Sequence record: SRR20825019_986
Direction: 5' to 3' (one strand)
DNA: 42,715 nucleotides
In this document: positions 39,429 through 42,715 of the stretch, in pieces
How the letters are laid out: the number at the start of each line of letters is the position of its first letter
Numbering within the stretch: the stretch's first letter is position 1
The notes under the pieces: model-generated
The model's input: the letters and a program-made list of their open reading frames with translations, nothing else
What the model was told of the DNA's origin: nothing
Databases searched by the model: none
Position numbers and translations under genes: made by a program

Positions 39429-39668
39429 TTAAAGTTCCCGACTATCGTTGACAGTTTGCTCTAATCTGATTATGCTGTGTTTTAAAAATCCGGCATGCAC
39501 CTGATATTTAAGTAACTTTCTTTGATAATGCTTTAGATTCTCGTTTTTATTTAGGGACGTATAGTTATTTTGTATTGATGATTCGTCCTTTTGATTAAAA
39601 AGCAAAATTAACAAAACGGGAATTAAAGCTATATTTCGTACTAAGTTGGTTATTGTATTACAATCCAT
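39429..39668 (-). CDS. Small hypothetical protein with an N-terminal hydrophobic segment
   Basis: 79-aa ORF; ATG 10 nt after the peptide gene stop; IALIPVLLILLF stretch; ends just before the terminator. Confidence 0.5.
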   Translation of the reverse strand: MDCNTITNLVRNIALIPVLLILLFNQKDESSIQNNYTSLNKNENLKHYQRKLLKYQVHAGFLKHSIIRLEQTVNDSREL

Positions 39669-39677
39669 TTATGATTA

Positions 39678-39848
39678 TTAATTGTCACCACGACCATCTT
39701 GCTCAGATACTTCACCATCAGTTGCATTTTGATCTACTGTCAATTGCTCGAACATTGCTTCGGTGTCCTGTACATCTGTTTCGGCTTCACAAGAGTAGAA
39801 TCCAACTGTTAGTAATGCCACTGCTAAAATGCTAAGTAATTTTTTCAT
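39678..39848 (-). CDS. 56-aa secreted lipopeptide, candidate signalling-peptide precursor
   Basis: Manual translation: MKKLLSILAVALLTVGFYSCEAETDVQDTEAMFEQLTVDQNATDGEVSEQDGRGDN; clear SPII-type signal; below the ORF-track size cutoff. Confidence 0.85.
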   Translation of the reverse strand: MKKLLSILAVALLTVGFYSCEAETDVQDTEAMFEQLTVDQNATDGEVSEQDGRGDN

Positions 39849-39985
39849 AATGATAAGTTTTGGTATGAATATTAAGTTTATGCAGCTAAAGTACAGGGCA
39901 TTTTAAGCCAAGGAAGTATATATCTAAAGGGAGTAGTATTCTAAGGAAGTCTGTTAGAATTATGCGGTAATCTGCAAGAATTTTG

Positions 39986-40720
39986 CTAATTAAGGGCTTT
40001 TGTCACTGTTTTGGAGAGCATTTCTTTCAATTGATCCACCTTGTCTTTGTAAGTTTTGGAAAACGGGAGTTCCTCTTCTTCTCCTTGATTTAGGCTACAA
40101 ATGGACTTGCCGTAATTGATACGGGAAACATAGCGACTATTAAGAATATAGCTCTGGTGCACGCGTATGAAATCCTTTGGAAGTTTATCCTCGAAAGATT
40201 TCAAGGTTTTAAAGGCACTTATCACGGTACCATCCTTCATGTAGAAATCCGTGGTGTTGTTGTCGGATTTAAGATAAAGGATGTTTTTGGTATCCAAATA
40301 CCTATAGTCCTTATAAGATTTAAGGCAAATGGTAGATGGAGTATCTTGTTTTGGATACAGTTTTCTTAATCTTAGTATTGTCTTTCTCACATCAAACTCA
40401 TTGTGCGGTAGAATCCAATAATCAAAAAAACCACTCTTAATGGCATTGTAAGCGTACTGCTTGGTCTTTGCATACCCTATTATAATAGGAAGCGTTTGCA
40501 TGTACTGGTTCAGTTCCGTTACCATCTGAAAGTAATCCATACCATCTTCACCAAGGTTGATGAGCACCAAATCCGGATTATATTTTAAAATAGAATTGAG
40601 TCCAGCGGAAGCCGTGGTGTCCACACCTGCACATACCAAATCTTCGTACTCATCCAAATAGAGTTGTAGTTGAAGCTTTGAGGTCGCATCGGAGTCGATT
40701 ATGTTGTAGGTGTATTCCAT
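39986..40720 (-). CDS. LytTR-family regulator with a degenerate (pseudo) receiver domain
   Basis: LytTR motifs ILYLKSDNNTT, FIRVHQSYILN, LPFSKTY; receiver lacks the canonical Asp and Lys. Start 40720 or 40726. Confidence 0.88.
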   Translation of the reverse strand: MEYTYNIIDSDATSKLQLQLYLDEYEDLVCAGVDTTASAGLNSILKYNPDLVLINLGEDGMDYFQMVTELNQYMQTLPIIIGYAKTKQYAYNAIKSGFFDYWILPHNEFDVRKTILRLRKLYPKQDTPSTICLKSYKDYRYLDTKNILYLKSDNNTTDFYMKDGTVISAFKTLKSFEDKLPKDFIRVHQSYILNSRYVSRINYGKSICSLNQGEEEELPFSKTYKDKVDQLKEMLSKTVTKALN

Positions 40721-40770
40721 GTGCAATTTGCTGATTGCAAGTTACTAACGCACAAAAAAAACTCATTGCA

Positions 40771-40803
40771 GTTTTCCCTTAAAAAAACTATGGGTTTCCC
40801 CTT
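40771..40803 (-). promoter_or_regulatory. Shared 33-bp regulatory motif, copy 2
   Basis: 26/33 identical to 36444-36476; starts 27 nt from a -7-like TAACTTGC (40737-40744). Confidence 0.65.
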
Positions 40804-41119
40804 AAATCGAGCTATTTTCCTACACTTTTCCCTAAAAAATCGTTAAAACAGATTTAATTGTAAATTTTCACCTCATCTTTTTGGAAGGCTTGAACGTAAA
40901 AAAATGGTTGTTTCAACAAGTATTGGAATTTAGGAAAATAGGGAAGGTAAAATGGTCAAGGTTGCGTGTAATAGGTTCAACAAATAGGTTTAGTTTACGT
41001 TTGGTTCACTACTATATTACGATTTGTTGTCCCGGTTACAAAATTTTTGACAAGTGTATTTTAGGATATAGGGCTATATTTCGATGAAATACAGCATCTT
41101 ACAGAGGTTTGGCCGGGGT

Positions 41120-41512
41120 TTAGTCCATGAAAAGGGCCTCAATGTCTTCTGGAACGCGTTTAGGACGAAAGGTTTTGGCGTCCAATAAGCACCATTCCGT
41201 AGCCGCTTTTACCAAGAGTTCACCTGTAGTTTTATTTTTGATTTCCACCACCCTCGTAGAAATAGGGCCTTTGTTGCTTTTGATATAAGTTTTCAGTAAG
41301 ATGGTGTTTCCCAACACGGCCGATTTATGATAAGTAATATTATGGTTCCTTACAACCCAAATCATGGATTGTTGGATTTCTTCGGAGGTAACATGTTTCC
41401 AATGTTTTTTGGAAATATCCTGAATCCATTCTACATACCGAATATTGTTTACATGGTTCAGGTCGTCCAAATCGCTCGGGACTACATCAAAAACTTGGGA
41501 ATAGGTCTTCAT
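41120..41512 (-). CDS. Acyl-CoA thioesterase (4HBT/YbgC hot-dog fold)
   Basis: DLDDLNHVNNIRY motif. Confidence 0.9.
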   Translation of the reverse strand: MKTYSQVFDVVPSDLDDLNHVNNIRYVEWIQDISKKHWKHVTSEEIQQSMIWVVRNHNITYHKSAVLGNTILLKTYIKSNKGPISTRVVEIKNKTTGELLVKAATEWCLLDAKTFRPKRVPEDIEALFMD

Positions 41513-42555
41513 TACTCTTTTTTACGGATTTTGACCTCAAAAAGCCTGTCCCAGTTTTTGCCAGTCACAAAAAAGGTTTCTCTTTCTGGGTGATAGGCCA
41601 CTCCATTCAACACAGAATTGCCTTCGTCCCATTCCGGTCCCTTGTTCACCTTGTTTTTGAGCCCCCCAAAGTTGATGACGCCCTCAATGGCCCCTGATGT
41701 GGCATCTATGATCATCATACTTTCCTTTTGGTAAACATTGGCATAGATTTTACCATTTACGTACTCTAGCTCGTTGGCCATATTAAAAATGGATTTGTTG
41801 GTGGCCGTTTCAATATAGCCTTGTTCTTCCAATGTTTCTGGGTCAAGAAGCCATATTTTCTCAGTGCCGTCGCTTTTGAAGATTTTGCTGCCATCGTTGC
41901 AAAGGCCCCATCCTTCGCGGCTTTTACCATAGGTAAAGTTTTTGATTTTCTCCAGATTGGATATGTCGTAAACAAAACCCATCCCGCTTTGCCAGGTAAG
42001 CTGGTAAAGCTTATCATTCATTATGGTAATGCCCTCCCCAAATATGGTGTTGTCCATATCGATTTGCTGAAGGATTTCGCCAGTCTCAAAATTTAGTTTT
42101 CTAACGGAGGAACCGCCTCTTTTCCCTGTGCTTTCGTACAATGTCCCATTATTAAATTCCAAACCTTGGGTGTAGGCACCGGTATCATGGGGGTAACTAT
42201 CAACAATCTCATAGGTGTATACTTCTGGCGCGGATGCGGCCAGCAACCTCATATCCTTCTCAACTTCTACAGTTTGGTCCTCAATTTTGAACTTGGCCAC
42301 CAAGGTTTTGTTGCCTAGAGTAGGTAGGTCCAAGGTCAATTTTCCATTTTCAATGGCCAGTTCCTTTCCATCCATATAATAATGTAGGTCGGAAATTTCG
42401 ATGTCCTTTTTGTTCTTTAGGGCAACACCTACTTGTTGGTTTTGCTGTATCGCTTTGTTTTCCAATTGAATGGAAAAATGTTTGGCAGGGTCGGCACTCC
42501 CTCCGCATGCTAAAAAGAAGAGCAATGCCCCTGAGATGGAAAATAATTTACCCAT
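41512..42555 (-). CDS. Glutaminyl-peptide cyclotransferase (lipoprotein, plant-type beta-propeller)
   Basis: LAC lipobox; YTQGL, LYESTG, FGEGIT, EGWGL, NELE, VLNGVAY, TGKNW. Confidence 0.92.
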   Translation of the reverse strand: MGKLFSISGALLFFLACGGSADPAKHFSIQLENKAIQQNQQVGVALKNKKDIEISDLHYYMDGKELAIENGKLTLDLPTLGNKTLVAKFKIEDQTVEVEKDMRLLAASAPEVYTYEIVDSYPHDTGAYTQGLEFNNGTLYESTGKRGGSSVRKLNFETGEILQQIDMDNTIFGEGITIMNDKLYQLTWQSGMGFVYDISNLEKIKNFTYGKSREGWGLCNDGSKIFKSDGTEKIWLLDPETLEEQGYIETATNKSIFNMANELEYVNGKIYANVYQKESMMIIDATSGAIEGVINFGGLKNKVNKGPEWDEGNSVLNGVAYHPERETFFVTGKNWDRLFEVKIRKKE

Positions 42556-42641
42556 TGTTCTTATTGCTTGTGTCATAAATCGTTAATCGTGAAACACCGA
42601 AATTAAGAATCAATTGGGATTGCCACAAATATAAAAGGTCG

Positions 42642-42649
42642 TATATTTG
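42642..42649 (+). promoter_or_regulatory. -7 element for SRP RNA
   Basis: TATATTTG (TAnnTTTG) immediately before the RNA. Confidence 0.6.
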
Positions 42650-42652
42650 CAA

Positions 42653-42715
42653 CCGGCAAGTCCTACACGACCAGCTCCTGCAGAATCCCCCAGGGCGGGA
42701 ACGCAGCAAGGGTAG
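42653..42715 (+). ncRNA. ffs: Signal recognition particle small RNA (truncated by the window end)
   Basis: Domain IV-like CAGG-GCG-GGAA-CGC-AGCA motif preceded by a promoter. Confidence 0.8.

Noticed and set aside
39653-39835. 60-aa plus-strand ORF from the track
   Set aside because: Antisense shadow of the much more convincing lipopeptide gene
39678-39848. Peptide as a RiPP/bacteriocin precursor
   Set aside because: No modifying enzyme, peptidase-ABC transporter or double-glycine leader nearby; the leader is a standard lipoprotein signal
40881-41087. 68-aa plus-strand ORF in the intergenic region
   Set aside because: TTG start, no recognisable features, overlaps a probable regulatory region; likely spurious
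35692-41120. Regulatory module as a mobile island or prophage remnant
   Set aside because: No integrase, transposase, tRNA target or flanking direct repeat seen
41512-42555. Glutaminyl cyclase near the peptide module as a possible peptide-maturation enzyme
   Set aside because: QC is a general Bacteroidetes enzyme acting on Gln-starting secreted proteins (e.g. the SA-Q and WA-Q sites in this window). It is coupled to a thioesterase outside the module, and the peptide's mature N-terminus is Cys.

Overview
Chromosomal segment of a Flavobacteriaceae bacterium. The lineage is inferred from TAnnTTTG promoters, a PorP/SprF gene, a QC gene and the conserved dapA-bamD-rpoZ-coaBC-DUF4835-recN-fabI block. 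Most of the window is housekeeping genes: split 5'-nucleotidase, dapA, bamD, rpoZ, coaBC, recN, fabI, coaE, an RprXY-like two-component system, miaA, yggS, hbd, pcm, smpB, clpB, glyA, glutaminyl cyclase and the 5' part of SRP RNA. Two families of REP-like palindromic intergenic repeats are also present. The standout region is a ~5.2 kb minus-strand module at 35.7-40.9 kb, between glyA and a thioesterase. It encodes, in order, a LytTR protein with a degenerate receiver, a 56-aa lipoprotein-signal acidic peptide missed by the ORF track (39678-39848), a second small ORF, a lipoprotein/TPR sensor histidine kinase, a LuxR-type response regulator and a 221-aa unknown protein. The first and last genes share a 33-bp upstream motif placed at an identical distance from -7-like promoter elements. 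I infer a candidate peptide-based signalling (quorum-sensing-like) system. This comes from architecture alone and is not demonstrated.
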